NCBI GenBank assembly: GCA_964503085.1
Contig: CAZCYQ010000009.1
Span: 4,825-68,824, forward strand
Direction of reading: 5' to 3'
Length of the DNA stretch: 64,000 nucleotides
From: an uncultured Rhodothermaceae bacterium
Lineage (GTDB): Bacteria > Bacteroidota > Rhodothermia > Rhodothermales > Bin80
Below the pieces are notes generated by a model. The model saw only the letters and a list, made by a program, of their open reading frames with translations. It searched no databases and had not been told where the DNA came from. This document shows, piece by piece, positions 9,921 through 20,297 of this stretch. Both the position numbers and the translations under genes were made by a program. The first letter of the stretch is position 1. Each line of letters starts with the position of its first letter.

Positions 9921-11326
9921 AATCTAAGCGACGACAACCTATGCTTGGGCGTATCCGTCATGTACACATGGTGGGCATTGGAGGGATCGGGATGAGTTCG
10001 ATTGCCGCAGTACTTTTGTCCCGCGGATACCGGGTCACAGGCTCGGATTTATGTCTGAGTGAACTGACGGACAAGCTCGTTGCTGACGGAGCGACGGTGT
10101 ATGAAGGTCACGACCGGAAGCAAGTAGCGGGGGCAGGTGTGGTCGTCTATTCGTCTGCTGTGGATGTGAGTGAGAACCCCGAAACTCAAGCGGCCGCCGC
10201 TGCCCGTATTCCGTTGATCTCCAGATCAGAAATGCTCGGAGAGCTCATGCGCATGAAATATGGTGTGGGGATCGCAGGCACGCACGGAAAAACCACGACC
10301 ACCAGTATGGTAGGGAGGGTTGTGACGGAAGGAGGGTTTGATCCCACCATTATTGTTGGAGGCAAGGTAGCCGAAATAAACACTAACGCGGTCAGTGGCG
10401 AAGGTGACATTATCGTGATCGAAGCAGATGAGTATGATCGTGCCTTTTTACGGTTGACTCCTGCCCTGGCGGTTATTACTACTGTTGAGTCGGAACATCT
10501 GGACACCTACGGAGACCTGGGCGAAGTTTACCAGGCATTTACGGCGTTTGCGACCAGTGTGCCCTTTTTCGGGGCTGCGATTGTTTGTCTGGACGACCCT
10601 GGCGTCCAGGCTATCATTGGTGACATTGATCGTAGGGTGATGACTTACGGTACCGCGCGGCAGGCAATGGTTCGGGCCGAAGGGATTGTGCAGCAAGGCA
10701 TGACCATGCAGTTTGACGTAGTGGTGTTTGGCCGTCGACAGGGATCTATTACCGTTCGGGCGCTCGGACTGCACAATGTGCGCAATGCTCTGGCTGCGGT
10801 TGCCGTAGGGGTAGAGCTTGAGATTGATTTCGATCGCATCAAAGCAGGCCTAGAAAGCTTCGCCGGTGTGCACAGGCGTTTCCAGTTATTAGGGAAGGCG
10901 CGCGGCATCCTGGTAATTGACGACTACGCTCATCATCCGACCGAGATTACTGCTACACTGAATGCCGCAAGCGAAGGTTATCCTGATCGGCGGATAGTAG
11001 CAGTTTTTCAGCCGCACCTATACTCGCGAACCAACGATTTCAAGGAGGAGTTCGCACGTGCATTCTTCAACGCGGACGTGATGATCGTAACGGAAATTTA
11101 TCCCGCTCGCGAAAAGCCAATCGCCGGAGTGACTGGCAAATTGATTGCAGATTTGGCCACAGCCCGCGGGCATCTCGATGCCCGATGGGCAAAGAAAAAA
11201 GATATACTGTCTGTTTTGCACGACTTAGATGAGCCGGGCGACGTGGTTCTGTTCATGGGGGCAGGAGACATCTGGCGCGTTGCCAGACAATACACTGAAG
11301 AACTGTGCAAGGATGCAGCTGCCTGA
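9917..11326 (+). CDS. murC: UDP-N-acetylmuramate--L-alanine ligase
   Basis: 'HMVGIGGIGMS' and P-loop 'GIAGTHGKTTTTS'. The ATG at 9917 forms an ATGA overlap with the murG stop; the ORF track begins slightly earlier at 9902. Confidence 0.92.
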   Translation: MKSKRRQPMLGRIRHVHMVGIGGIGMSSIAAVLLSRGYRVTGSDLCLSELTDKLVADGATVYEGHDRKQVAGAGVVVYSSAVDVSENPETQAAAAARIPLISRSEMLGELMRMKYGVGIAGTHGKTTTTSMVGRVVTEGGFDPTIIVGGKVAEINTNAVSGEGDIIVIEADEYDRAFLRLTPALAVITTVESEHLDTYGDLGEVYQAFTAFATSVPFFGAAIVCLDDPGVQAIIGDIDRRVMTYGTARQAMVRAEGIVQQGMTMQFDVVVFGRRQGSITVRALGLHNVRNALAAVAVGVELEIDFDRIKAGLESFAGVHRRFQLLGKARGILVIDDYAHHPTEITATLNAASEGYPDRRIVAVFQPHLYSRTNDFKEEFARAFFNADVMIVTEIYPAREKPIAGVTGKLIADLATARGHLDARWAKKKDILSVLHDLDEPGDVVLFMGAGDIWRVARQYTEELCKDAAA

Positions 11327-12050
11327 AACGATGCAAAGTAAGCGTAGAAAAATTTGGTTCGCACTCTTGGTAGCCATTCCGATCTGCCTAGGGAGCGCAA
11401 TAGGCTGGAAATACCTGTGGGAGCGACCGTGCGTTCGCCTCGAGATTGCGGGCATCCAGTACACCGATTCCGCTTCGGTGCACAGTCTAGTGGACAGTAC
11501 ACTGACTCCACAATTGATTGTTGATCGATTACAGCGGCATCCGTGGATTCACAGTGCGCGCGCTGTGTGTTATCCGACGGGCACAACTCATGTGCAGATC
11601 TATGAGCGTGTACCCCGTCTACTCGTGCTGACCGGGAATGGTGACACAGCATACTATCTGGACGAATATGGCTACATGATGCCTCCCGCTGCACCCGTGG
11701 TATTTGATGTACCGCTTGTGCGGGGAGTGCTCGATCCTTTTCACGCAGTACATCCAGTGAAAAATGCGGAAGTGCGAGATCTGTTGACACTCTTGCCGCG
11801 GATTGGCTCACGAATGGACTTTCTTGTATCCGAGTTCGAGATTGCTGAGAACGACCTGATCCTGATCGCCCGCGCGATGGGAGGCGGTCATACAGCAGTC
11901 GTACGTCTGGGATCCGAAGATTGGGAAAAGCGTCTGGATCGCCTGTATGATTTTTGGGACAAGGAGGTAGCTGGACGTGAAGACCGCGTCTTTGATGTCA
12001 TTGATTTGCGGTTCAGCGGTCAGATTATAACGAGAGAAAAATCGGCATAG
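11313..12050 (+). CDS. ftsQ: Cell division protein FtsQ (POTRA-type)
   Basis: A single TM helix (IWFALLVAIPICLGSAIGW) follows a basic stretch (KRRK). It sits between murC and ftsA. The start is ambiguous: ATG 11313 overlaps murC by 14 nt, and ATG 11331 lies 4 nt after the murC stop. The track start at 11229 is an unlikely extension inside murC. Confidence 0.75.
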   Translation: MQLPETMQSKRRKIWFALLVAIPICLGSAIGWKYLWERPCVRLEIAGIQYTDSASVHSLVDSTLTPQLIVDRLQRHPWIHSARAVCYPTGTTHVQIYERVPRLLVLTGNGDTAYYLDEYGYMMPPAAPVVFDVPLVRGVLDPFHAVHPVKNAEVRDLLTLLPRIGSRMDFLVSEFEIAENDLILIARAMGGGHTAVVRLGSEDWEKRLDRLYDFWDKEVAGREDRVFDVIDLRFSGQIITREKSA

Positions 12051-12071
12051 CCATCTATAAAACTGCAAGCC

Positions 12072-13346
12072 ATGGATGATCGAATTGTAGTCGGAATGGA
12101 CATAGGCACTACAAAGGTATGTGCTGTTGTGGCCGAGTCTGATGAAATGGGGAAGATCAACGTACTTGGTATTGGTACAACTGAGTCAGAAGGCCTGAAT
12201 AGAGGGGTAGTCGTCAATATTGACAAGACGGTTGCATCTATCCAGAAAGCTGTAAGGGCGGCAGAACGGGCGGCGGACGTGGAAGTCCAAAGCGTTATCG
12301 CAGGCATCGCAGGGGATCATATCCAGAGCTTCCAGAGCCGGGGAGTTATTACAATAGCCAGTCGTGAGCGTGAGATATCAGCGAAGGACGTAAAGCGCTT
12401 GATCGAGGATACAACGCATGTAGCCATGCCGCCCGACAGGGAAATCCTCCACATTATACCTCAGGAGTTTATCGTTGATGACCAGGATGGCGTGCTGGAT
12501 CCGGTGGGTATGAACGGAGTGCGTCTTCAAGCAAACGTACACATCATTACGGGTTTGGTCTCTGCAGCCAAAAATATTTACAGATGCATTGAGAAAGCAG
12601 GATATCAGGTTGAGGATGTAGTGCTTGAGCCCTTGGCCAGCTCTTTCAGCGTCCTGCATCATGATGAAAAGGAAGTAGGGGTGGTCCTGATAGATATTGG
12701 GGGAGGTACCACGGATGTTGCTGTTTTTGAAGATCACACGATCCGGCATACGGCGGTTATTGCCGTGGCAGGCAACCATGTGACTGAAGATATACGGAAG
12801 GGGCTGGGTGTTATGCGCAATCAGGCGGAACAACTGAAGCGCCAATTCGGCTGCGCCCTGATTGATCTCACAGAGGATGGCGAGCGGATCCGCATGCCAG
12901 GGTTAGGAGGGAGGCAGGAAAAAGAGATCAGTACCAGCGCGTTGGCCCAGATCATTCAGCCCAGACTGGAAGAAATTCTAGAGATCACTGCAATCGAGAT
13001 ACGACGCAGTGGCTACGGGAAATATCTCTCCGCGGGTGCCGTGTTGACCGGTGGAGGATCGATGATTCGGGGAACCCGAGAGCTGGCCAATGAGATACTG
13101 GGGCTCGAAACACGTGTCGGTTTCCCTAAAAAGCGTGGAGGCGGACTTTGGGAGGAGGTATCAGACCCGAAGTATGCCACTGGCGTGGGGCTGGTACTGT
13201 ACGGACTTGATCCAAAAATGATGAAAACAGTGACTCAGGACGGTGAGGCTAAACGCCTCTCCGGTGCTGCATCCTACAGTGGAAGGAGCAGCTCCTCCTG
13301 GGGGCGGATCGTCGAACGCATGAAAGGTTGGTTCGATGAATTATAG
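12072..13346 (+). CDS. ftsA: Cell division protein FtsA
   Basis: 424 aa, with actin-fold phosphate motifs 'VGMDIGTTKVCAVV' and 'LIDIGGGTTDVAVF'. It lies immediately upstream of ftsZ. Confidence 0.95.
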   Translation: MDDRIVVGMDIGTTKVCAVVAESDEMGKINVLGIGTTESEGLNRGVVVNIDKTVASIQKAVRAAERAADVEVQSVIAGIAGDHIQSFQSRGVITIASREREISAKDVKRLIEDTTHVAMPPDREILHIIPQEFIVDDQDGVLDPVGMNGVRLQANVHIITGLVSAAKNIYRCIEKAGYQVEDVVLEPLASSFSVLHHDEKEVGVVLIDIGGGTTDVAVFEDHTIRHTAVIAVAGNHVTEDIRKGLGVMRNQAEQLKRQFGCALIDLTEDGERIRMPGLGGRQEKEISTSALAQIIQPRLEEILEITAIEIRRSGYGKYLSAGAVLTGGGSMIRGTRELANEILGLETRVGFPKKRGGGLWEEVSDPKYATGVGLVLYGLDPKMMKTVTQDGEAKRLSGAASYSGRSSSSWGRIVERMKGWFDEL

Positions 13347-13396
13347 GACAATCAAACTGCGCAAGCAGAATCAAACAAAAACCTGAGGGTGACTCC

Positions 13397-14623
13397 ATGG
13401 AAACTCAACAAAAAAACCGGTTTACTTTTGACGCCGAATATAGCGGTATAGCGAAGATTTGTGTTGTTGGTGTGGGAGGCGGCGGGGGTAACGCCATTAA
13501 CAGTATGGTCAACGACGGCCTGGAGTCTGTTGAATTCATGGCCGTGAATACGGATGCTCAGGATCTGAACAACAGTCTTGCAACGCACAAGATTCAGGCA
13601 GGCCGAAAACTAACCAAGGGACTGGGAGCCGGGGCGCGACCAGAATTGGGACTTCAGGCCATGCTGGAATGTCAAGAAGAGCTCGAGGCAGCACTCCACG
13701 GGTTTGATATGGTTTTTGTTACCGCTGGTATGGGTGGAGGAACAGGTACAGGGGGGATCGGGGTTGTGGCCGACATTGCTAGGCAAATGGGTACCCTGGT
13801 TGTAGCAATCGTCACCAAGCCGTTTGAGTTCGAAAACCGCAAACGTATGAAGTCCGCCATACAAGGCATTGAGCAGCTTAGGCCGTGTGTAGATACTCTC
13901 ATCGTGATTCCTAACGAAAGGTTGCTGGATATCTCGGATGATGATACTGATCTCGCCGAAGCTTTCAAACGTGCAGATGACGTTCTGTCCAATGCTACCC
14001 GCAGTATAAGCGATTTAATTACAAAGACCGGCCTGATTAACCTGGACTTTGCGGATGTGCGCACAACAATAGAGGATAGCGGAACTTCAATCATGGGAGT
14101 GGCTACGGGTGAGTTGGAGGCGGGCGCAGCCACCATTGCCCTTGAGGCGATTTCCAGTCCACTCATGGACGGTATGTCCATTGCGGGAGCACGGAACGTC
14201 CTGGTCAACATCACCGCTGACTCAGTGCCGATCAAAGAAGTGAATTCCGCCATGGCGGTCATCGGAGAGGAAGCTGGAGAGGATGCTGAAATCATCACTG
14301 GTGTGGTGGTGGACAGCGAGATGAAGAATTCTGTGCGAATTACCGTGATTGCTACGGGACTTGGGCATGCCGATAAAGGCAAGGAGGAGCAGCGGAGCAG
14401 ACCGCTGCTAGACGAAAAGGTTTTCGGATACAAGGGAGAGCAGAACCTCAAAACTTTGGATACGCCAGCATGGGAACGTCGTGGAATTACCGAGCCCCGC
14501 AGGAGAAATTCAGGAGAAGAATCGAAGGTTTTGTACTTAGACGAAGAAAATACTTCGACCAAATCCCAAGAACGAAAATCCTCGGAAGATACCCCGGCTT
14601 TCCTCCGAAAAATGATGGACTAG
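13397..14623 (+). CDS. ftsZ: Cell division GTPase FtsZ
   Basis: 408 aa, with 'GVGGGGGNAIN' and the tubulin signature 'GMGGGTGTGG'. The conserved C-terminal peptide is 'DTPAFLRKMMD'. Confidence 0.98.
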   Translation: METQQKNRFTFDAEYSGIAKICVVGVGGGGGNAINSMVNDGLESVEFMAVNTDAQDLNNSLATHKIQAGRKLTKGLGAGARPELGLQAMLECQEELEAALHGFDMVFVTAGMGGGTGTGGIGVVADIARQMGTLVVAIVTKPFEFENRKRMKSAIQGIEQLRPCVDTLIVIPNERLLDISDDDTDLAEAFKRADDVLSNATRSISDLITKTGLINLDFADVRTTIEDSGTSIMGVATGELEAGAATIALEAISSPLMDGMSIAGARNVLVNITADSVPIKEVNSAMAVIGEEAGEDAEIITGVVVDSEMKNSVRITVIATGLGHADKGKEEQRSRPLLDEKVFGYKGEQNLKTLDTPAWERRGITEPRRRNSGEESKVLYLDEENTSTKSQERKSSEDTPAFLRKMMD

Positions 14624-14698
14624 AGAACAACCGAATACAGTTTGTGGTACAATCGCTTAGTATATTGCTGTTCCTGGAATCAAACAAACTTAAACCCA

Positions 14699-14962
14699 AT
14701 GCCCCAGCACGCTTCTGCGATCAAGCGAGTGCGCCAGAGTGCTGCACGCCGACTTCGTAATCGCGAACATCGGAGCCGAGTGCGAACGATGGTTAAGAAG
14801 ATTATGCAAACGGATGATGTTTCTGCTGCACAATCTCTTTACCCTGAGACCCAGGCGTACCTAGACCGATTGGCAACGAAAGGTATCATCCATCGCAATA
14901 AATCTGCCCGCTATAAGGTTCAAATCCTGCGGCACATGGATAAGATCAACCAGTCGTCCTAG
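14699..14962 (+). CDS. rpsT: 30S ribosomal protein bS20
   Basis: From ATG 14699 the product is 'MPQHASAIKRVRQSAARRLRNREHRSRVRT...', typical of bS20 (87 aa). The track ORF from 14642 adds an implausible N-terminal extension. Confidence 0.9.
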   Translation: MPQHASAIKRVRQSAARRLRNREHRSRVRTMVKKIMQTDDVSAAQSLYPETQAYLDRLATKGIIHRNKSARYKVQILRHMDKINQSS

Positions 14963-15003
14963 TCAGAACGACTAAACATGCAAAAACTACAAAGTAGAAT
15001 CTC

Positions 15004-16557
15004 ATGGCAAACCTAAAACGATTTTCGACAACAATGCTCAGGCTTGTGTCACTAGCCCTGATTCTCGTGATTGTGCCTAGCACATTCGCGCAGGAGTATG
15101 CAAAAAAACTGCGCCCGGAGGGCACAATGTTCGTTAAACCCCGCGTAGGATTCTCTGGATATTTTGGAGATAACGAACAGTCACCATTTAACTTCAATGG
15201 CGACGCTTTCGATGTGGGCACACCCTGGAATTTTGGGCTTGAATTGGGTTACCAGTTGAGCGTCCCATTCGGGGTCAGTCTGGCATACGTCGCGGGAGAT
15301 TATCCTGTGATCACACAGTTTCCGGCACGTGTAAAGGATCTCACGGGTGTAGAAAATGATAATTCACTCCGGAGTTCTATTCAGGCTATTGGGCGTTACA
15401 CGTTCGCTGAGGCAACGACGCGCAATGCCCTCTATTTCAACTTCGGTCTATCGTATTCTTTCGGAAACGTAACGCAGGAGGCAGCGCCATACACAAGTGA
15501 AGAGAGTGGTAGTGCTTTTGGACCACTCGTCGGTGTGGGTATGGACTTTGCTATTAACCCACGAAGTTCATTTTTCGCGGAGCTCAATGCTGGTGTTCAT
15601 TTTGGTGATGAGGGCCTTGATGGCACAGCTGAACACGGATTTGGGGGAGGAGACATCCTGTCAGCATTGGGGGCGGGCCTCAAGGTAAACTTCACGAAAG
15701 CGATTACTCCACCTGAGGTCGGTGAACTGGTCTGTCCTACGGGGGCAGTGGTCACCAATACACAAGTCAATTTCAACTCGGTATCTAACGCCGAGGTTGC
15801 TACGCAGCCGATTGAATTACGCTGGGACTTTGGTGATGGTGCAACCGCCATGGGCGATTCCGGCTCTCACACCTACACGGAGGCAGGAACTTACGAGGTA
15901 ATGTTCGTCGCCACCAATGAGGGGGGAACAGCAACGGGAAGCTGCACAGTTACCGTTATCGCCCCACCTGAGATACTCACGCTGACATCTGACAAGGAAA
16001 CGGTGAGCATATGTGACCAAGATCCGAGTGTTACATTTTCTGCAAACTCAGTTGGATCGGATCCAATGAGTTACACTTGGGACTTTGGTGATGGCCAAAG
16101 CAGCACGGCAGCCAGCCCATCGCACACCTATGATCAGCCTGGCTCATATACCGTGACTCTTACATTGACCAACGATGCAGGCAGCGACAGTCGTACCACC
16201 GTGGTGAATGTGAACGAGGAGGGCTGTTTCGACTGCGATATTTCGGAAATGAATACGGTCTTCTTTGATCGTAATTCGTCTGTGCTCACGGATGCCGGTC
16301 GCAATCAGTTGTCCGAGAATTTGGAGATCCTTCAGAACTGCGATTTCAATGTTCGTATTGAAGGCTATTCTTCGCGCGATGAGCGGAATTCCCAGGGGTT
16401 GAGTGAGGACCGTGCCCTGTCGGTCAAGCAATACTACATTGACAACGGCATAGACGAAGCCCGTCTGTCCGATATCGGTATGGGAGCCGGTGGGCAGACT
16501 ACGAAGAAAGAGTCCGCAAGCCAGTTCCGACGGGTAGACACAATCCCGCTGAACTAG
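15004..16557 (+). CDS. Outer-membrane protein: N-terminal beta-barrel-like region, two PKD-like domains and a C-terminal OmpA-family domain
   Basis: Signal peptide ending 'PSTFAQ'. The N-terminal third is rich in aromatic/Gly alternation. Two repeats centre on 'WDFGDG...SHTY...G.Y.V' (PKD pattern). The C-terminus 'VFFDRNSSVLTDAGRNQL...IEGYSSRDERN...LSEDRALSVKQY' matches the OmpA_C peptidoglycan-binding pattern. Confidence 0.8.
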   Translation: MANLKRFSTTMLRLVSLALILVIVPSTFAQEYAKKLRPEGTMFVKPRVGFSGYFGDNEQSPFNFNGDAFDVGTPWNFGLELGYQLSVPFGVSLAYVAGDYPVITQFPARVKDLTGVENDNSLRSSIQAIGRYTFAEATTRNALYFNFGLSYSFGNVTQEAAPYTSEESGSAFGPLVGVGMDFAINPRSSFFAELNAGVHFGDEGLDGTAEHGFGGGDILSALGAGLKVNFTKAITPPEVGELVCPTGAVVTNTQVNFNSVSNAEVATQPIELRWDFGDGATAMGDSGSHTYTEAGTYEVMFVATNEGGTATGSCTVTVIAPPEILTLTSDKETVSICDQDPSVTFSANSVGSDPMSYTWDFGDGQSSTAASPSHTYDQPGSYTVTLTLTNDAGSDSRTTVVNVNEEGCFDCDISEMNTVFFDRNSSVLTDAGRNQLSENLEILQNCDFNVRIEGYSSRDERNSQGLSEDRALSVKQYYIDNGIDEARLSDIGMGAGGQTTKKESASQFRRVDTIPLN

Positions 16558-16582
16558 CGCCTGCATACTGAAGAAATGTGAA

Positions 16583-16620
16583 GCGCCCCGGCACGTTGTG
16601 CCGGGGCGCTTTTATTTTTG
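16583..16620 (+). terminator. Rho-independent terminator after the OmpA/PKD gene
   Basis: A perfect 12-bp GC-rich stem (gcgccccggcac / gtgccggggcgc) with a 3-nt loop, followed by ttttatttttg. It starts 26 nt after the stop codon. Confidence 0.9.
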
Positions 16621-16986
16621 GCTCTGCCGGAATTGTTAGGATGGAGACCTTACCGCCTATTGGTGCTGCTTGGTCGGACTATTACTCTACATCACGTGTG
16701 ATCAAAATAACAGGAATAATCAGAGAAGCGACCCCATTGTATGGATACAGTCAAACAAGAAATCCAGAACAGCAAACCTACTCCGAGATATGTCCTCTGT
16801 AGATCAAACCCCCTAAGATATCTGCGTAAATCAGCTTGAATCCAACCCCTGTAAAAGAGATACCGACCGTAATTGGGTCATTACCCCCTTGATTTGGCAC
16901 TTTGGAAATGCGAAAACAACGACCGTCACATCTACTCGACTCGGCAGAAATAGGTATTTTGTGGCAGGCACCACGTCACATTCCGC

Positions 16987-17970
16987 ATGCCTGGATTCGA
17001 CGAAAATCAGCAGTTCGCACTTGCACAGCGTCTGAAAAAGGAAGCTGCCCGGTTAGGGTTTGATGCTTGCGGAATAGCGGAGGCCCGGCGACTGAATGAA
17101 GAAGCAGATCGGCTAGAATCCTGGCTGGCAAATGGACTGCACGCGTCCATGGCCTACATGGCGCGGAATTTTGAGAAACGCGTAGATCCTAGAAAGCTTG
17201 TCCCCGGCGCCAAACGCGTAATCAGTGTGCTATGCAGTTACTGGCAGGAAGCTGAGCATGCGGAAAAAGCCGGAAAGATCAGTCGTTATGCGTGGGGAGA
17301 TGATTACCACCAGGTGATGAAAGGGCGACTCTACGAGTTGTATGCCTGGTTGGAGAGTGAAGTAAAAACTTTGTCCGGCCGGGCTTTCGTTGACTCGGCC
17401 CCGGTAATGGATAAGGTATGGGCGCAACGCGCCGGGCTGGGATGGATTGCCAAAAATACCAATCTGATAAATCCAGACATAGGCTCCTGGTTTTTTGTTG
17501 GATCTTTGATTGTTGATGTACCACTGGCTTGCGACGATCCCTTCACACATGATCACTGCGGATCATGCACTCGGTGCATTGATGCGTGTCCCACAGATGC
17601 TATCTATCAGCCTTATGCGGTGGATTCAAACCGCTGTATTTCTTACTGGACGATAGAACACAGGGGGAATTCCTTGCCGGAGGACATTGTATTGGGGCAG
17701 GATGACTGGATCTTCGGCTGTGACATATGCCAGGATGTGTGTCCCTGGAATAAGTTCAGCCACTCAACCAAGGAGTCCCGGTTTCTGCCCCGAGAGGGTA
17801 TCCGGGATACCCCTCTTGAAGAATGGGAGGAACTGGATCTGGAGGCTTTTCGCAGACGGTTCAAGGGAAGCGCAGTGAAGCGGGCAAAGTACGAAGGCTT
17901 CATGCGCAATGTCCGCGCAGCAAAGCGATCCCGGTCACTCCGCGACAAGCCTCCGGTGGGTTCGTCATAG
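16987..17970 (+). CDS. queG: Epoxyqueuosine reductase
   Basis: 327 aa, with 'SRYAWGDDYH' and two ferredoxin-type clusters, 'CGSCTRCIDACP' and 'CDICQDVCPWN'. Confidence 0.9.
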   Translation: MPGFDENQQFALAQRLKKEAARLGFDACGIAEARRLNEEADRLESWLANGLHASMAYMARNFEKRVDPRKLVPGAKRVISVLCSYWQEAEHAEKAGKISRYAWGDDYHQVMKGRLYELYAWLESEVKTLSGRAFVDSAPVMDKVWAQRAGLGWIAKNTNLINPDIGSWFFVGSLIVDVPLACDDPFTHDHCGSCTRCIDACPTDAIYQPYAVDSNRCISYWTIEHRGNSLPEDIVLGQDDWIFGCDICQDVCPWNKFSHSTKESRFLPREGIRDTPLEEWEELDLEAFRRRFKGSAVKRAKYEGFMRNVRAAKRSRSLRDKPPVGSS

Positions 17971-18055
17971 CCCTTAAGTGTGCAGCGTTGAAAAGAGACT
18001 CGCACGTGAACATGGTTTGACCCGGAGCACAACCAGTCCAAAATGCCCCCGCCGG

Positions 18056-19564
18056 TTAATCAGGACGCATGAGCGGAAACAGGATCACATCACGGATGCT
18101 GCGCTGGTTGGTCATCAGCATGGCGAGACGATCAATTCCCACGCCCAACCCGGCATTAGGCGGCATGCCATATTCCAGAGCACGCAAATAGTCATGATCC
18201 ATCTGCATCGCCTCAAAGTCTCCTCCCTTGCGAAGAAGTGCCTGGTCCTCAAACCGTGCACGCTGATCTTCCGGGTCGTTAAGCTCACTGAAAGCATTGC
18301 ATAACTCCTTGCCCCCTACGAACATCTCAAAACGCTCAACGAGCCCTTCTTTGCTGCGATGTCGTTTGGCTAGCGGACTGAGTTCAAGCGGATAGTCTGT
18401 GATGAAAGTGGGCTGGATCAAATGAGGCTCGACCGAGAAACTAAAAATCTCATCCAGCAGCTTGCCATAGCCCATAGACGTTGAGGTCTCTATGTTCAGA
18501 GAATGTGCCACTTGGAGAAGGCCGTCCCGGTCCTGTCCGTACAGATCATGGCCTGTACGTTCCGCTATCGCTTCAAAAAAGGGAATCCGAGGCCATGGTC
18601 GCTCAAATGAGATCACTTCGTCACCATACGGCACGCGAGGTTGACCATGAAGTACGCAGGCGACAGACTCCAGCATCTCCTCCACCAAGCCCTGCATCCA
18701 GACATAGTCCTTGAAAGCCACATAGAGCTCCAGCATAGTGAACTCAGGATTGTGGAAGCGGCTCAGACCCTCATTCCGAAAATCTTTGGCAATCTCATAC
18801 ACGCCGTCAAAACCACCGGTGATGCATCTTTTCAGGTATAGTTCATCGGCAATGCGCATGTAGAGGGGCATATCAAGCGCATTGTGGTGCGTCTTGAACG
18901 GCCGCGCAGACGCTCCGCCATAGACCGGTTGGAGAACAGGAGTCTCAACCTCAATGAACCCTTTGTCATCCAAAAATTTTCGGATGGCTGTTACCATACG
19001 GGCACGTTGCACAAAAAGCTCTCGCACATGTGGGTTAATGACCAAGTCTACATAGCGCTGTCGGTAGCGAAATTCCTTCTCAGTGACCTCATTGAAAACA
19101 GTACCCTCCTGCTCCTTGATAATTGGAAGGGGACGTAGCGCTTTGGCCAGAAGCTCCAGCTTTGAAACATGCACTGTGATCTCGCCCATGCGTGTGCGAA
19201 ATACCTTTCCTTCAATGCCGACGATATCACCGATATCAATATGGCGCTTGAAGACTTTGTTATAGAATCCTTCTGGCAGGTCATCCCGGCGAATATATGC
19301 TTGCATACGCCCCGTTGCATCCTGGAAATCGAAAAAGGATGCTTTTCCCATGATTCGCCGACTCATCAGCCGGCCTGCCATGGAAACTGTTTCCTGGGGA
19401 GCCGCCTCATCAAATTCCTCGAGTACGGGAGACACATGATCGCTGACGGCCCACGCGTATGGGTAGGGATTGACCCCAAGGTCTTCTAACGCCTCTCTGG
19501 AATTCCGGCGTATCTGCTCCTGATCTGTGAGTTGGCGCGCGGAAAATGAAGAACTATCTTGCAT
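18056..19564 (-). CDS. lysS: Lysine--tRNA ligase (class II)
   Basis: 502 aa. It has an N-terminal OB anticodon-binding region and class II motifs ('FRNEG', 'YGMPPNAGLGVGIDRLAMLMT'). The C-terminus is '...IRDVILFPLMRP'. Confidence 0.95.
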   Translation of the reverse strand: MQDSSSFSARQLTDQEQIRRNSREALEDLGVNPYPYAWAVSDHVSPVLEEFDEAAPQETVSMAGRLMSRRIMGKASFFDFQDATGRMQAYIRRDDLPEGFYNKVFKRHIDIGDIVGIEGKVFRTRMGEITVHVSKLELLAKALRPLPIIKEQEGTVFNEVTEKEFRYRQRYVDLVINPHVRELFVQRARMVTAIRKFLDDKGFIEVETPVLQPVYGGASARPFKTHHNALDMPLYMRIADELYLKRCITGGFDGVYEIAKDFRNEGLSRFHNPEFTMLELYVAFKDYVWMQGLVEEMLESVACVLHGQPRVPYGDEVISFERPWPRIPFFEAIAERTGHDLYGQDRDGLLQVAHSLNIETSTSMGYGKLLDEIFSFSVEPHLIQPTFITDYPLELSPLAKRHRSKEGLVERFEMFVGGKELCNAFSELNDPEDQRARFEDQALLRKGGDFEAMQMDHDYLRALEYGMPPNAGLGVGIDRLAMLMTNQRSIRDVILFPLMRPD

Positions 19565-20297
19565 AGTCTGCTAGTGGACGGACCTCCATGGTAATATCTA
19601 ACATTGGTCTGTCACCGTTAGGGTTTCCGCGTTGACCGGCTCTGGAGGGAGTCAGTACCCGCGTGATCCGATCCAGTACATCATAGCCCTCGACCAGTTC
19701 ACCAAAAACAGTGTACATCCCATCCAGCATTGGCGCACCACCCTCGGTGGTGTAGGTGGCTCTCGCCTCACTTGAGTATTCAAATGTTGTGTCGGGGATC
19801 ATTTGCTGTAACCGATTCTGCACCTGATCCAGGAATTCTTCCGGATAAATGCTCCCATGCACGATATAAAACTGACTGCCGTTGGACTCTCTGTTGGGAT
19901 TCATATTGTCGCTTGCCCGTGCTGTGGCGAGTGCACCGCGTTTATGGTAGCGTCCGGGGACTATTTCGGCTGGAATTGTGTAACCGGGATCTCCCATGCC
20001 GTCATTGTTCGGATTATCATCCTTTGAGTTCGGGTCCCCACCCTGAATCATAAATCCACCGATCACACGATGAAAGGTAGTACCGTCAAGAAAACCGTCA
20101 TCCACGAGTATTTTGAAGTTATCTCTATGGATTGGTGTATCATCGTAGAGTTCAATGTCCATTGCTCCCATGGGAGTGGATATCTCGAAAAAATTTGTTG
20201 CCGACAAGCCGGAGTTGGCTTGCCTCGCGCATCCACTAGTAGTCATCACGGTAATCAGTAACAAGGTGAGGCAGGAAAAAAGTTCAACGGGTCTCAT
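19554..20297 (-). CDS. Cyclophilin-type peptidyl-prolyl cis-trans isomerase, exported or lipoprotein
   Basis: 247 aa, with a signal peptide and 'TTSGC' lipobox-like site. The cyclophilin core is 'FHRVIGGFMIQGGDP' ... 'GSQFYIV'. Confidence 0.9.
   Translation of the reverse strand: MRPVELFSCLTLLLITVMTTSGCARQANSGLSATNFFEISTPMGAMDIELYDDTPIHRDNFKILVDDGFLDGTTFHRVIGGFMIQGGDPNSKDDNPNNDGMGDPGYTIPAEIVPGRYHKRGALATARASDNMNPNRESNGSQFYIVHGSIYPEEFLDQVQNRLQQMIPDTTFEYSSEARATYTTEGGAPMLDGMYTVFGELVEGYDVLDRITRVLTPSRAGQRGNPNGDRPMLDITMEVRPLADYAR

Noticed and set aside
13672-14562. A 296-aa minus-strand ORF antisense to ftsZ. Similar long antisense ORFs occur at 5675-6229, 7201-7908, 11098-11811, 35761-36294, 40033-40683 and 2-466.
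   Set aside because: Each lies entirely inside a gene with unmistakable motifs on the other strand. Their translations are low-complexity (Ser/Ala/Pro/Arg-rich) with no motifs. They are typical shadow ORFs.
1-14623. Absence of murF, ddl and murB from the dcw cluster as a possible deletion.
   Set aside because: To my knowledge this gene order (murE directly followed by mraY; murC followed by ftsQ) is the normal arrangement in Bacteroidota-like lineages. I used it only as a lineage hint.
16578-16802. A 74-aa plus-strand ORF after the OmpA/PKD gene.
   Set aside because: Its first codons are the translation of the terminator hairpin (MKRPGTLCRGAFIF). It has no motifs and the region has no coding look.
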